Assembly (NCBI GenBank): GCA_965645245.1
Contig: OZ287067.1
Span: 3,100,001 to 3,164,000, forward strand
Length of the DNA stretch: 64,000 bases
DNA from: Massalongia carnosa
Taxonomy: Eukaryota
Direction of reading: 5' to 3'
This document shows positions 12,456 to 25,479 of the stretch, piece by piece. Under the pieces are notes generated by a model. It saw only the letters and a program-made list of their open reading frames with translations, did no database searches and was not told the DNA's origin. The position numbers and the translations under genes were made by a program. How positions within the stretch are numbered: the stretch's first letter is position 1; each line of letters opens with the position of its first letter.

Positions 12456-15165
12456 CTATTGAACGATATCAGTGTTCGAGACATCCTGTGAAATCTCCAA
12501 GCACCCTTTCATATCAAGGTCTGCAAACTCATTGCTGATTCTGATATCTGGAACGTAGTTTCTGGCGTAGGCGATCTCATCTTCGCTGATTCCAAGCTCG
12601 TCCTTTGGAATCCAGACAACAGGGCTGCGATGATCAGCAGCCTCATGCTTGTACCCACGCCGATCTGTTACATTGAGCTCGTTCCGTGCTAGCTCGTCAA
12701 CACTTTCTTGGAGATCTTGGGGGACTTCCTTGGAAGGTCTCATCCAGCCATAGCAGGTGTACCTTAGGTGTCGTAAATGATCGAGCGCAGGTGCTGAGGA
12801 ATGATTCCCTTTCGATTCTCCTCCTTCATCCTCCCTGTCTTTCGGGAAGGCAGGCAGATATTTGAGAATTGAGGAGAAGATGTTTCCCAGAAGCACTTGG
12901 TAAATGACCGTCAATGCTGTGGCAATCATCATAACCACGGCCTGACCAATGCCGGTAAAGACACCCTGATCATCGCGAATAGACAGGAAAAGGCCTATCA
13001 GGCTAATTCCATCACGTAGACCCCTGTAAAGAGTTGCTTCAGAGCAGTCGGATAAAGTTGACCTCCAGTATCGTACGGGAAAGCCGACACGTAGAGCAGG
13101 TTGTAACGGAATACGAACCAAAACAAGCTGAAGGTGGCGACGCTGAACGGGAGTATCAGAGGAGCGACGATGGAGTACGTGAGGCCTAAATTATCAGCAG
13201 AGGCGTCGACAAAGATGCAAGTGTCTTACCAATACATGCGAGGTTCGTGTAAAGAGGGTAGAATGTACCCCATCGAATCTCCGGTAAACCCATCTGTCTC
13301 TCCCACTTCTGCCTCGGTGTGCGATCCGTCCACGGGGCGATGATAAGCCAGTTAATTAGACCTCCGGCTTGCAGGAAGGCTCCTGCACTCACCGAAAGGC
13401 CTTGTAAAGTGAGGTAGGAGAAAAAGTAGTTGCTCGCCTTGGGAAGGTTTCTGGCCAACAATGCGGGTGCAGATTTCGGGCCATGGAGGAGTTCTTGAGC
13501 GATGGCCGTAATACTGGATGAAAGCAACACCGTGAGAAAATTTTGCTTGAAGAGAAAAACGAAATAGTATTTCTGCAGCGACAGCTCGACCGTCGTCTCC
13601 GTTGACAGACCTTGCCAACACGTGATGATGCGCAGGACCAGCGGCAGCAATGCGTTCAGTGCTACTAACATCAACTGCGGCAGCACACCTTGAATAATCC
13701 CACTCAGCCACGCCGGAGCGCCAGATACCCAGTGAAGCCACGACACGGAGTCTCCGAGGGTAGTAATCTGGGACAGGAAACCCGTGAACGCAACGGGTAT
13801 CGCCCACGCTATGAGAAGAAGCGATGGCGATCCACACCAACCCATTCCGTATATATCGATTCCACCATCGTTGAGTCAGAGTGCTCCATCTCAATTCCCG
13901 TACGGAAACGTTGATGTGTCGGGCGGATGAATGCAGAGGGTTGGCGCTCAGGAGGGTTTGACAGGCCATATACGCGGCGGATTGAGTGTTGAATCGTATA
14001 AAGGCGGATTTCATTCGTGGATACCTGCTTGATTCTCTCCCATTCGACTCGACCTCGGCCAGCTCCATTGATTCTGCCCTGATCTCTTCGTTCATTCGTG
14101 CCAGCTCGCCTAAGCAGTGGTGGATGGTATCAACCTTTTTTCCGATGAGAGGAAATGCTGGCATCCATGCGCATCCTTGTCGTGGAATATACATATGATC
14201 ACGGTCCTTCTCCTTCAGGTAGCGCCTCCACAATGGTCCCTCCTTTTCTGTATCCGCCCCACTCGATTGTGCAACCTCGTGGCTCTTACGTTGACGGAAC
14301 GACTTCGTTGCCGATGATATGAGGTTGGTCTCTGCGACTTCTAGTGTGGTGGCGAGCTTTTTTCGCTCTTGGATCTTCTCCGACAGAATGGAGAGATCTC
14401 GATTGATCCAGACGGAATGGACTCCACCGGGAAATATAGCGTACACATCCTCCAATACTGGAAGGCCCTCCTCGGGAATGTCGGTCACAAGAATCGTGTT
14501 GGCGGCCTCTGAGAGACGGTGCGCAGGTGAGACCAGGTATGAATTACGGACGTGAATGTAGAAAAGTAGTTCCACGTAAATGGTGTAACATATGAACACG
14601 ATCACAAGCAAGGCCATGAACAGATGGGCCCAGTAAAATGCAGTGTGATCGAGCCCGATATTCGCCCAGCTGTACCTGTCGAGACCTTGGGTTCCACCTG
14701 CAATATCATTGCCACCAAGTAGGTTCAGGGGAACAAGGCATGGTATGATGACGACCGATAGGCTGGTGAAGATGGTGAGGAGAGTGCGAATATATCGAAT
14801 GAAGAAGAAAGCGTCTAAGCCCGAGTGCTGTAAGATGATTGTGTCGGGAAGCTGGAACATACGTGGGATCCAGGATATGGTACCTGAAGGACGTTGAATT
14901 GTGCGTTGTCCTTCAGGCACAAGATAAGTTCGAGGTTGACTGTCATACCGACTCAGTATTTTTGTGCTTGGAAAGTGACTGGGGCTCACTAGATTTGTTT
15001 GAGCCTATCCTTGAGAAGAACAAATACACAGACTTCGGTAGCAAATATGGCCACCGATGTTACGAGCGATGCCAGAAAGTTTCGGAGGGAGAGCCCTTGA
15101 GCGTGTCTTGCTGCTTCTGGTGAAGCGTAGAGCGCAGTGCCAGCACTGTCGAGCGGGGATGCCAT
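12456..15165 (-). pseudogene. CSC1/OSCA (DUF221, RSN1-like) calcium-permeable channel, frameshifted
   Basis: YQPRTYLVP, GLDAFFFIRY, GLDRYSWANI, TILVTDIP, SAFIRFN, LPKASNYFFSY, DTGGQLYP motifs; frameshifts at ~13820 and ~13003. Confidence 0.88.
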
Positions 15166-15795
15166 TGTCGTCGTTCAACCAGCGCTCTCGATATTTTTTT
15201 TCCAGATGGTATTGTTCGCGCAGCCTTCGGTGGAGCAAGATTAATTTTAAGGATTTCATGTTGAGGTCCAATTCTTGCTCCCCCAGCTTCATGTGCATCC
15301 CATAGTGGCTCCCTTCTGCTCCGGTTTTGCTGCATTCTCCGTGCTCAGGATCATAATGGTAACCCACTGTCCGGTCATAGGCTCCAGTTCAAGCACGAAT
15401 CCGAATTTTCCACGGCCGCGATTTGCGCGGCCATTTCTCCACTTCCCATCATCGAGCGCAAACTGATCTGGTCACAGTGCAAAATCTTCTACCGTCAGTA
15501 TTTCTCCGCAAAAAGGCCGAACATCTTGAGAGAAGTCCAGGGCTGTCGCAAACACTGGGATGGAGGTTTATCTTAAAGCTTTCAAGCTTTAATGCGGCGC
15601 CTAACAGCTGTAGGATTTGAGTCGCGGTTTCTGAATTCTGACAATTGTCAGACGAGTCTTTGTCCAACATTCTTCTAGTCAGAGAAGGAGCCGCGTAAAT
15701 TCAAAGAAAACGGCGCAGAAGCCATCAATGCCAAGGAGAATGAATGATGTCCAATATGCCTTAGTACGAAGCATCCTGATTACTCTTTGCGTTAC

Positions 15796-16776
15796 TCACC
15801 AATCCCCCTCAATTACCTTGATCATATCGTCAGCTGCATTAGTCTCTTCAACTTCATCATCTGTATCCCAGCCTGCTTCATCCTCAAAGTCACTGGCGAA
15901 CCCTTCGTTTGATGTATCTGAATCCCCGTAAAAGGCAGAGGATGGATCGGAGGGATCGCTCGTGACTTACTTCATTAGCTTTGTAATCCTATTCTTGACC
16001 AAAGACTTACGAGAAAGTTGGTTCATGGCGGTCGACAAGTCAAACGCCGTGTCACCACGGGACTTGGGCAGCCGTCCCACTCTAAATCGCCTAAAAGCAG
16101 GCATGATAATTTGTTCATACCAGTCTTCATTCGTAACAAGGTCCTCCCATAGCCATTGACCGACTATCTCTCTTTCAGTGACCTGCCAAAGACAAACATA
16201 GTGATCGACGTAGTATTGATTCGATTTCCCGTACGGATCTGGTATCTCATAATGATCCATCTCAGCGGCAACATCGAGGACAGGTAAATAGTCTCTTAAA
16301 CGAGTATTGGGATCTATAACGGTGAGAGTCTGGACACCTCTGTAATTTCGTTGGGACCTGAAAGTTGCTAAGTCTTGAATGGCCGCTGGTGAGATTGTGA
16401 ACGAGATGTACGGTGTTGGGGTCCATTCTTTGTGATTCAGGTGCGTAGTCAAGGAGGTCTTCCGAGACTCGATAGTGTCAAGGCGTTGAAGTGGCGCTCT
16501 CGACGTCATGCATCCGGTTTCGTCTGGCTGGCTTCCTGAACAGCGATCCCAGACTCTAAGCAGCGGTCTATCAAAGGATTGGGAGCGACCGGTACTCCAT
16601 GAGTGTAGCTGCTCTTCCGTTACAAAAACGGTCTTTGACTCAGGACTTAGAAGAGTTGAGGTTTTGGGGTTATTAATGACAGCCATCATCGAGGGGATAT
16701 GTTCGCGCTCCGGCTGATGGTTCTGGCAATTGATTTCACTCGTTTTGTTTCGATAATTTGCATGCTGCAGGTACAC
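15796..16776 (-). CDS. hypothetical protein, possible ADP-ribosyltransferase-like fold with acidic tail
   Basis: 269-aa ORF with LLRVWD and TPYISFT; probable intron near 15960-16010, then an acidic exon ending EGDW-stop. Confidence 0.55.
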
Positions 16777-18037
16777 AGATGTTCAGCACAACGGTCTTCG
16801 TCCGAGCTTAAGCTTACTGCGCGAGAGCCGTGCTCCTGGGTAGTCACAGACGTTGTGATCCGGTATCACCAAGGCGTGCCGTCAAGCCCAGATTGAGGCG
16901 GTCTGCGTTATCTCTAGGATTCTCGTCGATTAAGGGTCTTGGCGCGACTGCTCTAGCTGACGTGGCCTGATCCGGGTTACCCGGACCCCTGCGCCAATCA
17001 TGGCTGCCCATGATCAGTGATTCAATTGCCTAGAAAAATGCCAAGCCCAATCTATTTCACCATGGATTTGCACATACCCCGACTGCACCGCGCCGGCCTT
17101 CTTGACATGCATAACTTGCACCTCGAACGGTCTTTGAACATCCACAATCCACGTCCTCGATTGACCAGCGTTGTGACAGCCACGAATCGGAACGCAGGGC
17201 TGGTATGGACTGTGGTCTAATGCTGCTCATCATGCCTTTCAGCAGCATCCCAATTGAACTTGTCTTTCCCATTCCTTGCGGGTGACGTTTGAAGTCCGTC
17301 AAGTTCGAGCTGGAAATCTATGAAAGCAACAGAATACAACTGTATAGCCAAGAAAGAGCTGCGGAAGATCGGATGGAATTACAACCTGTGAAGATATGGG
17401 GAAAGATTCAAGAAACTGCTGCACTTTGCAATCCGGAAAGGGCACAGAAACATCATCAAACTCCTTCTCAACACTGGCGTGGACGTTTCGGCTACAACCT
17501 GCTACAAAAGGACCGTACTACATTACGCTGCGATTGGAAAGCATGCAGATGTGTTTTAACTACTCTGGGAAGCGGGTATCAATGCCTCTCGGAAAGGATT
17601 GTTTGGGATGACAGCGTCCGGCTACACTGTCTCATCCACAATGGTTGATACCCGAGAATACGTCCGCGTCAGCGTCCCTCGAACGGCCATGAGGTGTGAA
17701 ACATGACGCCGCGATGTGGTTTCCCCTTTGGACCACGCTTTTCCGCGGATTGCCTTCCCCACCCCCAATCCATGATCTCAATTTCTCTAGCAAGAGGTCA
17801 ATTCAACCACGATGTCTTCTTTACAGAGTACCGCAAACGCCAGAGACGCACCAAACACGATTCGTAAGGAAGTACCGCTATGTGCCTGGCCGTTCGAAGG
17901 AATCTCACAAGGGGGTCCGTTTATGGATGCTTCCACAAGCATCCAAAGACTGACGCACTGGTCAAAATACCACAAAAGGCAACGACGGCCCCGAAATTAT
18001 TTGACACAGACGATTCTCTTGACCCTTCAACCACAAG

Positions 18038-18920
18038 ATGAAGAAATCCTGTCATATTGCTGTTTTGGCCCTTGCGGCTCTGGTAGCTGCAAGTCCGTTC
18101 AACTGCCCGGCGGCCGCAACTGTGACTGTGACTCTCGGGGACGGACATTCGACACCTGCTTCAAGTTCCATTCCAGTCACGAGTGCTCCAAACCCTGTAA
18201 GCACCACAGGCACCGATGGCTCAGCCAATTACATGACGATTTCGATCACGAATGTGTACGGAAGTCAATTATCTGTCCTTTCTTTCCAACGCTGGCGGCC
18301 CCGCCCCGGTAGGAAATCCGTCAGCGACCGTCCTCCCCGACAACTCGCCTACCCAATACGCTTTCCCAACTGGATGGGCAGGAAGGATATACGTTGGACC
18401 CAACACCGACTATCGCAGCAGTAAGATCGAAGGCAGTCTTACAGGTCCACCTGATATCGACGTCAGCTATGTCGATGGCTACTCTGTCCCCATCACATGC
18501 TCTTCTGAGGGCACAGCGGTTTCTGGTTGCAACATCGATCTATTCAAACAGCCAGGCATCACATGTAACAGTCAAGTCGACGGCCCTGTCTGCCTCAACC
18601 CCGCTCAGAACATCGCGGATGGACCCGCTCCTCCTTTTTTCAAAGCTTGCGCAGGGGCTGCCTACACTTATCCTAATGATAACAAGGCCAACGTAAGCAA
18701 CCTCAAGAGTAACGTGGTTTCTTGTTGCATCGGGACGTCTTGCCAAGCACCCTCAAGGCAACTAGTTCAAGGAGGAAATCCAATGGACATACAGATCAGG
18801 AATGATGAATCACGGGCAGAAAAAACACATGGCTCCTCACCGTTGACACTTCCGCTGGCACATAAACTTGTTCACCATCATCACTCGCCCCGATCCCATG
18901 TCCACAGAAAGGTTCACTAG
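18038..18920 (+). pseudogene. secreted thaumatin-like (PR-5) protein, frameshift at ~18272
   Basis: Signal peptide MKKSCHIAVLALAALVAA and S/T linker in one frame; TGWAGRI, DVSYVDGYSVPITC, CAGAAYTYPND in another, with no intron signals between; His-rich tail. Confidence 0.8.
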
Positions 18921-19442
18921 GCAAATCAAGTATTTCATGCAGAGTATTGTAGCTGCTCCTATTTTTCGAGCGATATACGCCTCTATTACGAACCGTGTCA
19001 CAGCGAGAGACATCTCGGTTTTATGACCGACGGCAATATATAGTCGCCATCTGGCTTAGATAGAGCTTCAATTCAATACTTCATACATCGAAAATACTTG
19101 GAAATCGGATTCATATTTTCCTTTACAAAGCATGAGCCCGTTATACGAGAATCACACAGTCATAGTGTTATTGCACCAACCTCGGAACTTTTGGCCGGCA
19201 ACCGATCTTGCAGTGCAAGTCCATTCCGCGTAAAGTTGTAAAAATTGGAGACTCGCTAAGGAGGGATCCTATTTTGACTCCCTCATTGAGCATCCAGAAA
19301 CCACCGACTGCTCTGGGGGAGCCAATTGTGGATCTGTGGAAGCCAGGGGTCGTGCAGACCGTAATTATATCAAGGCAACAGGTTCGCTCCACTTCCGTAC
19401 GAAATTCAAGTTTTACTGCCCTGAAAATCTGAAAATCTGAAA

Positions 19443-20004
19443 ATGCACTCCTCAAAAACATTGCTCTACGGTACCATCCTCGTTGCTCACATGTTCACAG
19501 CTCTGGCAGCTCCCAGTATGGCAAATCCCCCACACGATGCGGAGGGCAAAAGCAGTCCGAAGAGTAATGATCCTTTTGCTGACGAAGCTAAAGGTTCGGA
19601 AATCCAAGTCAAAGGCGAGATTGACGAGCAATTGGAGAAACGACAGGTATGAATCTGCCGGCCCTTTGAAAAATAAGGCTAAGTATAGCAGGACAAAGTC
19701 TTCCAAGATCGGAGCTTCCGTTTATAGCGAAAGGGACTGCAACGGGTATATAGGGACGGTGGACGATCTCACGCAATCTCCCGGGAAAACATGGCTTCCC
19801 ACGGAGGATGGCGTGGCGTACAGCTTTGAACTACTCTACCGGGGCCTCGAGGGCCAAGAGCAGCTCGACATCTCCACCAAGGATTCCAGTAACGGAGACC
19901 GATGCGGCGATTTCATTGACAGTTATTTCGCGGGCACCTCTACCTCTTGCAACAATTGGGGAAACATTGGCTGCGTGAGATTTTGGATTAATCCTGGGCT
20001 TTGA
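19443..20004 (+). CDS. small secreted Cys-containing protein with LEKR (Kex2) pro-peptide
   Basis: Signal peptide MHSSKTLLYGTILVAHMFTALA, LEKR site, GTATGA donor at ~19647, 4-Cys mature part. An intact frame needs a non-preferred AAG acceptor; otherwise frameshifted. Confidence 0.6.
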
Positions 20005-21064
20005 GTGAGAGGTGATTGTTGTTGCAGGACCTTTGAAGGAAGCGCATCTGGTCTGTGAAATTTGTTAACAAGGTATTCATTCTACAGCAGTATTTAGTGT
20101 AATACACTCGAAATGTCCTTTAGTTCTTGAATACTTGGTGGATTAGCAGACAAAATTATGACTGAGACCGAGGCATCATCCATTCTCTCAACTTCCAAGA
20201 CTTGTAACCGTCTTGACCAATTCTTAAGGCTGGTAAAAGGGGACATCTGTGCCCGCAACCCTCTCATCTTCTCTTCGCACAGAGTGAGATCCTCGTACTC
20301 TGGAAGAAGTACCAGGATTACAGGCCATGTGGGACGGGATGATGAGAATTATAGAAAAGTGCCGGGCCTAACTTGCCGAAACTGCCGAAGCACGTCCCTT
20401 TCGAGCCGATTTAACTTCATTAGTAGTGCTCCGCAAATCTTGCTCGCTCCTCAAGAGAAAGCTCTCCCTCGCCCTGCATACCATCCTCGTGCTTCAGATC
20501 CTTTTGATCATGCATGGACTAAACATGAATGCTTTTGTCTTCAAATCAGGGTCGGAAATCGAAGTACGATTTCCAGTCCCAGAACTGAATGCTCAGGGTC
20601 TGGAGTCAGATGCTAAGACCAGTCTTCCTTCGTGGGCGCCCATGCTTTGGGTAATGAGCAAAGCTTCTGGCACAGCAGAGGCTGAGAGCTCTCTCTCTTG
20701 GCCCTACTCCGTGGTCGAACTTCTGACCGAATTACATAGTACCACAGCAATCACAAGGATGAGAATCCCACCTCGATTTGTCAGCTGCAGGAGACGGGAT
20801 TTAACGCCGCACCAATCCTTGACAGGACCTTATTTTTGCTTATTTCTACATGAGATGTTGCCGCATCTATGTCGGAGCTTGCCATCGTCCCTCTTGCGAA
20901 GTTTCCTTGACGTGTTGATCTCCTTCGGTGACAGGTGTTGCCTCATTGACTCGCTATCGAACCTCGCTTTGTTGGCGATGTTCTATGTATTCGTGAGCTT
21001 TCAAGTGAGGCGGATAAAATGAGGATTTCTATTTGGCAGGGATCTGCTCTTCGCCCCGTCTTAA

Positions 21065-22024
21065 TTAGATCGGAGCGCAAACGCTTTGTAAGAACGTTAC
21101 AGTTTCCGTTAAAGAAAACTCCAGCAAAGTACGACTAATAGCATTACAAGAACCAGTGCAGTCTGTCTCAAGTGCTTGAAGGGCGTGAATCTCAAAAATC
21201 CCTAATCTCCCCTTCGCTCGCCGCTGGCTATCTCGCCCTTGGCTTTCCCTGAATTGACTCCCTGGCTCGGACCGTCTTCTCTCTTTGGGAAAGGAGTAAT
21301 GGGTGTTTTCACCACCCACTGCCGATTGACTTGCTCTGTTAAATCTTTCAGTGTCGATCTCATTTGCTTCGAAATAGGGATGCAACGCTTCAACGTGTTG
21401 GCCCAGTTGGTCTATCTGTCTTTCGCCAACGTTAATACTTTTCGCTGATTTGCTTTATCGAGGTACCTTGAATTCTCCACCATCCTATACAAACATTAGC
21501 AATGTCGAGACCGCAGTATTCTCTCCATACAATGCCTTGATCTCTTTGTATTCCGATTCCATCTCCCCTGCTCTAACGCTGGGATCTTGACTTCCGAGCG
21601 AACCCTGCCGGTTGGCATGGTCGATGCACGCCGGGGTAGAGACTCGATCTGCATGCGGATTGACGGCCGAAAGATCCTGAAAGATGGTCGTCAGTCGAGG
21701 ATTGGGTTCCAAGATGCCATGACTAACGAAATAATCTAAGGACGAGAACAAGGTCGGGTCTTCACAGCCAGTCGCGTAGTTGCTGTTAATGAAGTCGTTC
21801 CATCCATTTTCGGGGTACTGTTCATCGAAAAAACTAGCCATTGCAGAAAATGCTTGCAAGTATGGTGCATTGATATCCACGCATCGCGGTTTCCTTTTAA
21901 ATCTCGATACAACCGTGTATCCACTTCTGGCGCAGGAAGGAGCCATTAATGGAGCATTGGATGTGAACCAGTCATATCGCTGGAGCTCGGAGAATTTTAC
22001 CCCGCAAATTGGCTCAGCCCGCAT
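21065..22024 (-). pseudogene. degraded hypothetical gene
   Basis: Protein-like 179-aa ORF 21485-22024 followed by broken same-strand ORFs; no family recognised. Confidence 0.3.
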
Positions 22025-22667
22025 AAGCCCTATGCACAGCAGCAGTTGTGCCGCGAATCCTCCTAGCAGGGGTGATGACTTGCATAAGCCACGCGGAATT
22101 ACCGAGCGCTAAAGCTTACTGACCTTAGGGTAGCCAATCATCCTGCTCAAGCAGTCTCTATGATATTAGTCAAGATTCCTTATTGCGAAAGCAAAGAGCG
22201 ATACCAAGGCAGTGCAGGATGAGGACATGGATTGAGATCCATCCGTACAGTCCCATCCTCTTGCTGTGAAAAGTCCCGCCGCAAGCGTGACTTGAGTGTA
22301 CTTGACGGCGGTCCGAGCGCTTGGATGACTTCAGTGCTCCTTGCGTCCCTTCATTCATGAACCATTTAGATGGAAATGTAATCCCGAGGTACCTGAAGCA
22401 TTGCACAAGGGCGGTCACCTAAAATAGCACTGGGCATCGTTGAGGTTTCGGTGGCTCAGCGATGGACTGGTCTGGTAACATTGTTTCAGGTTTTGTTTCA
22501 GGGTTCGAACAATGTATAAAGTACAGCTTCTTCGATCGCTTGTCCCAAACGATCCAGGTGCTCGAATCACTCAAAGTGGTCACTACATTCTCATATTCCC
22601 GTCACCAAATTCTCACATTCCCGTCACCACATCCTCACATTCCCGTCCAACCTTCGCTCTGATAATA

Positions 22668-23449
22668 ATGGCAACGCAAGGTGGAAGCGCACTGTTTCAA
22701 TTTTCCAGAGCGGTATGAGAAGTCCCACGGCTTGAATGGACAAACATTGACATTTGCAACAGCCTGGCCAAGCCATCTGCCAGACGTGCGGGGTTGAGCT
22801 GGCTTCCCACGAGAAACTCCGCTGGAAGAAGAAGGCGCTCGAAAATGAGAATGCCATATTGCACCAACGGCTTTTCGAAGCTGGTCAAGCCAATTAGTCC
22901 AACGAGGTCCGCATGAGGCTCTTCAATACCCAAAGCGAAGAAGTCGCAAAACTGAAAGAGACCGTGAGCAACTAGCAAAGAGCATTTGCAACTCAGCAGG
23001 AGGCATTGGAGTCGGAGAAAAGGGAGCGCGCTCTTAATATACAATCCCTAAATCACGAGTCCAGCTGTCACAAAGCAACCGAGAGGTCGCTGGAGCAAGA
23101 GCGTGCCCATATTCGGGACTTCATTGGATTTCTGGATACTCTTGAGGTTCCGAGGAGAGCGGATCTCAACGACAACGCAAGCATTGGCACAATTTGGCTC
23201 CAAGGGAATGGCATGAAAGGGGCACTCGAACAACTAGAGGCGAAGACAAAAAGCTTAGAGCAGGAGCTCTATAACACCAGAGACGACCTCCAGCACAAGC
23301 GACTTTTGCTGGAAGAGCTATCACGCAACTTCGAGGTCGCGCCCGAAAGCACGTCCATGTCTCCGACTTCTGAGAGCAGTGGAGAAGAGAATGAGAAAAT
23401 GTTGCTGCTGTCTGAAGCCCGTGAGCCGCGAAAACGAGTGCGTAGTTGA
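22668..23449 (+). pseudogene. coiled-coil hypothetical protein with two in-frame TAG stops
   Basis: The frame of ORF 23006-23449 extends upstream (CQTC...KKALENENAILHQRL) through TAG at 22973 and 22895. Confidence 0.55.
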
Positions 23450-23791
23450 GGGATAGAGCAGCGGATATCGTTCTTGTATTTAATTCTTAGTCAACTTCAC
23501 TCCGAGTTATTTTTCTGCGTACTTAGATAGTTCCATCAGTATGAAATCTTGTCATCGCAAGCTCCTTGGCTGCAAATCTTTTGCTGTGGACAGTGTTCCT
23601 TATGTTTGAAGTGATGGCAAAAGAAGTTGCCCTCCCGTCGCCAAAAGCGGATCCATCAAAAGCATCGAATTATGGATGACTGTCCGTACTATTAAATCCC
23701 GTATGGCGTCCCCTTCTTCTTCCGATCGACATTTTGTCATTCCATCCATCGAATCTGGCTTGCTTCTATTAAAACTTGGTCGACCGTGCGT

Positions 23792-25304
23792 ATGGCTTCT
23801 TCCGAACAACTGGCGTGGTTGCAGGTAGTTGGCATAAACGATCTCAGGCTTCTCGACCCTGGTCGCATGAGCCAGTTGGTAAGGGAACTGAAAAATCCCT
23901 CGAATCAACGACCTTCTTCCCTATTGTTCGTGGGACGACAAGTCAAGGATCTTGCTCTTCGGGAACTTTTCCCCGACAACAACTTCAAGAAACACTGTTG
24001 CGACGGTGTGGCGACCTTGCGAATCGACAACGCAAGCACTTACTCCGATCATCCTATCTTTTTTGCGGAGAGTAGCCCAAGTCAAGCGATACCCTTGGCA
24101 GCCGAGGATCCTCAAGTCTGTGAGACCGAGTCATTTCCCATCCAGTGGGCCGAAGATACGACTGTGCAACACCTCTACAACGTCTTGCACGCCCGCCTCT
24201 TCTGTCTCTTCGCCGATGTCGTCTGCGTGTTTGCTGATGACTTTGCCGACTTCGAACAAACCGTCCAATTGCTGAAGTCATGGGCCGCGGCAGGCAGCGG
24301 GTCCGTTCATTTCGACAAGATTCGACCGAGAGTTGTTATCGTTAGACGTGGAGACGCAGCCAGTCCCAGTCCCACCTATGATCTTCTCAGGATAGACGAT
24401 CTCCAGCAGGGCCTCCACAATAGAACTCTGAAAGAATTCTTCTCTTCGATCAAAGTGCTCCACCTGGCCACTGAGCAGCTGTCTCCCCTGGCACGTTTTC
24501 GACGGCTCAAGGAGCTCCTTTGGAGGGAGATGGACGAGATGCGCCAAGCGCGACAAGAACTCGGCTGTCTATATTCTGCTGAGCACATCACTCGGTTTTT
24601 TCGCATGGCTGTAGCCCACACGGCAGTCTCAATGAGTCGGCCGTTCGATTTCATATTGGCGAGCCGGAGGGGCAACGACGTCGAGCCAGATTTCGTTCAC
24701 CACTTGTCCAGATTTATGCGATCCGGAGAGGACCGCCAGGTTCCACGGGACGCACTGATGACTTTCGTTGCTTCAAGTATCATGTTGGACGCATATCCCC
24801 CAAAGATGCATGGTAAGACAATCCTGGCTTTGGCGAATATGGATGCTCAACATCTGACTAAAATCCGCAGTTTTCGATCCAGGGATGCTTTATGACGTTC
24901 AATATCGGCATCTTTGCCTTCAGTCCCTTACTGAGACGTACGATGACCGCGATCTCGTTCAGCACCAGGACACCTTCGTTCGCAGCCAGTTGATTGAACT
25001 TCATTCCTCTATGATCGCATCCGGGAAGCCCATCCTACAGATGCACCGAGAGAAGACGGCTTCTCTCGATATTGATTGGGTGCAGATGAAGAGCAATGAA
25101 ACCTGCTTTGGTTGTATTCGACGAATGCCTGAGATCACTCTTTCTTGTGGACACGCCATATGCGAGGTTTGCGTTCGAAACATCGGCGATGAAACCTCGG
25201 CCTTTGACTCTCAATATCGGATTGACGAGAAGTACAGTCTTAGGGCCCAGTGGCTTGCCTGTGAAATGGAGAGATTTCCATACATAACATGTATGCAGAC
25301 GTGA
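23792..25304 (+). pseudogene. Starship-associated patatin-like phospholipase, N-terminal half only (catalytic patatin domain absent)
   Basis: QRPSSLLFVG, ARLFCLFADVVCVFADDF, PFDFILASR, LDAYPPKMH|FDP, KSNETCFGC-RRMPE-LSCGHAICEVC; coding ends after QYRIDE with no DGGG/GxSxG. Confidence 0.8.
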
Positions 25305-25479
25305 AGCTTGAGAGTATTCCACAAGTGCAACGTATTCAACTCGTCTGTCTATGAGTTTACATACAATAAACTCTCAACCCCCTCTGTAGAGGTCAGTGAA
25401 CCACCTTTTGGGCTCTAAGCTACTGAAAGGTAGTCTTATATTGCTAGCTCTCTGGCTGCAGACGCGGAACCGTCACGTA

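Noticed and set aside
20158..21022. 152-aa and 198-aa plus-strand ORFs
   Set aside because: No motifs and overlapping frames; likely spurious or antisense to a decayed gene
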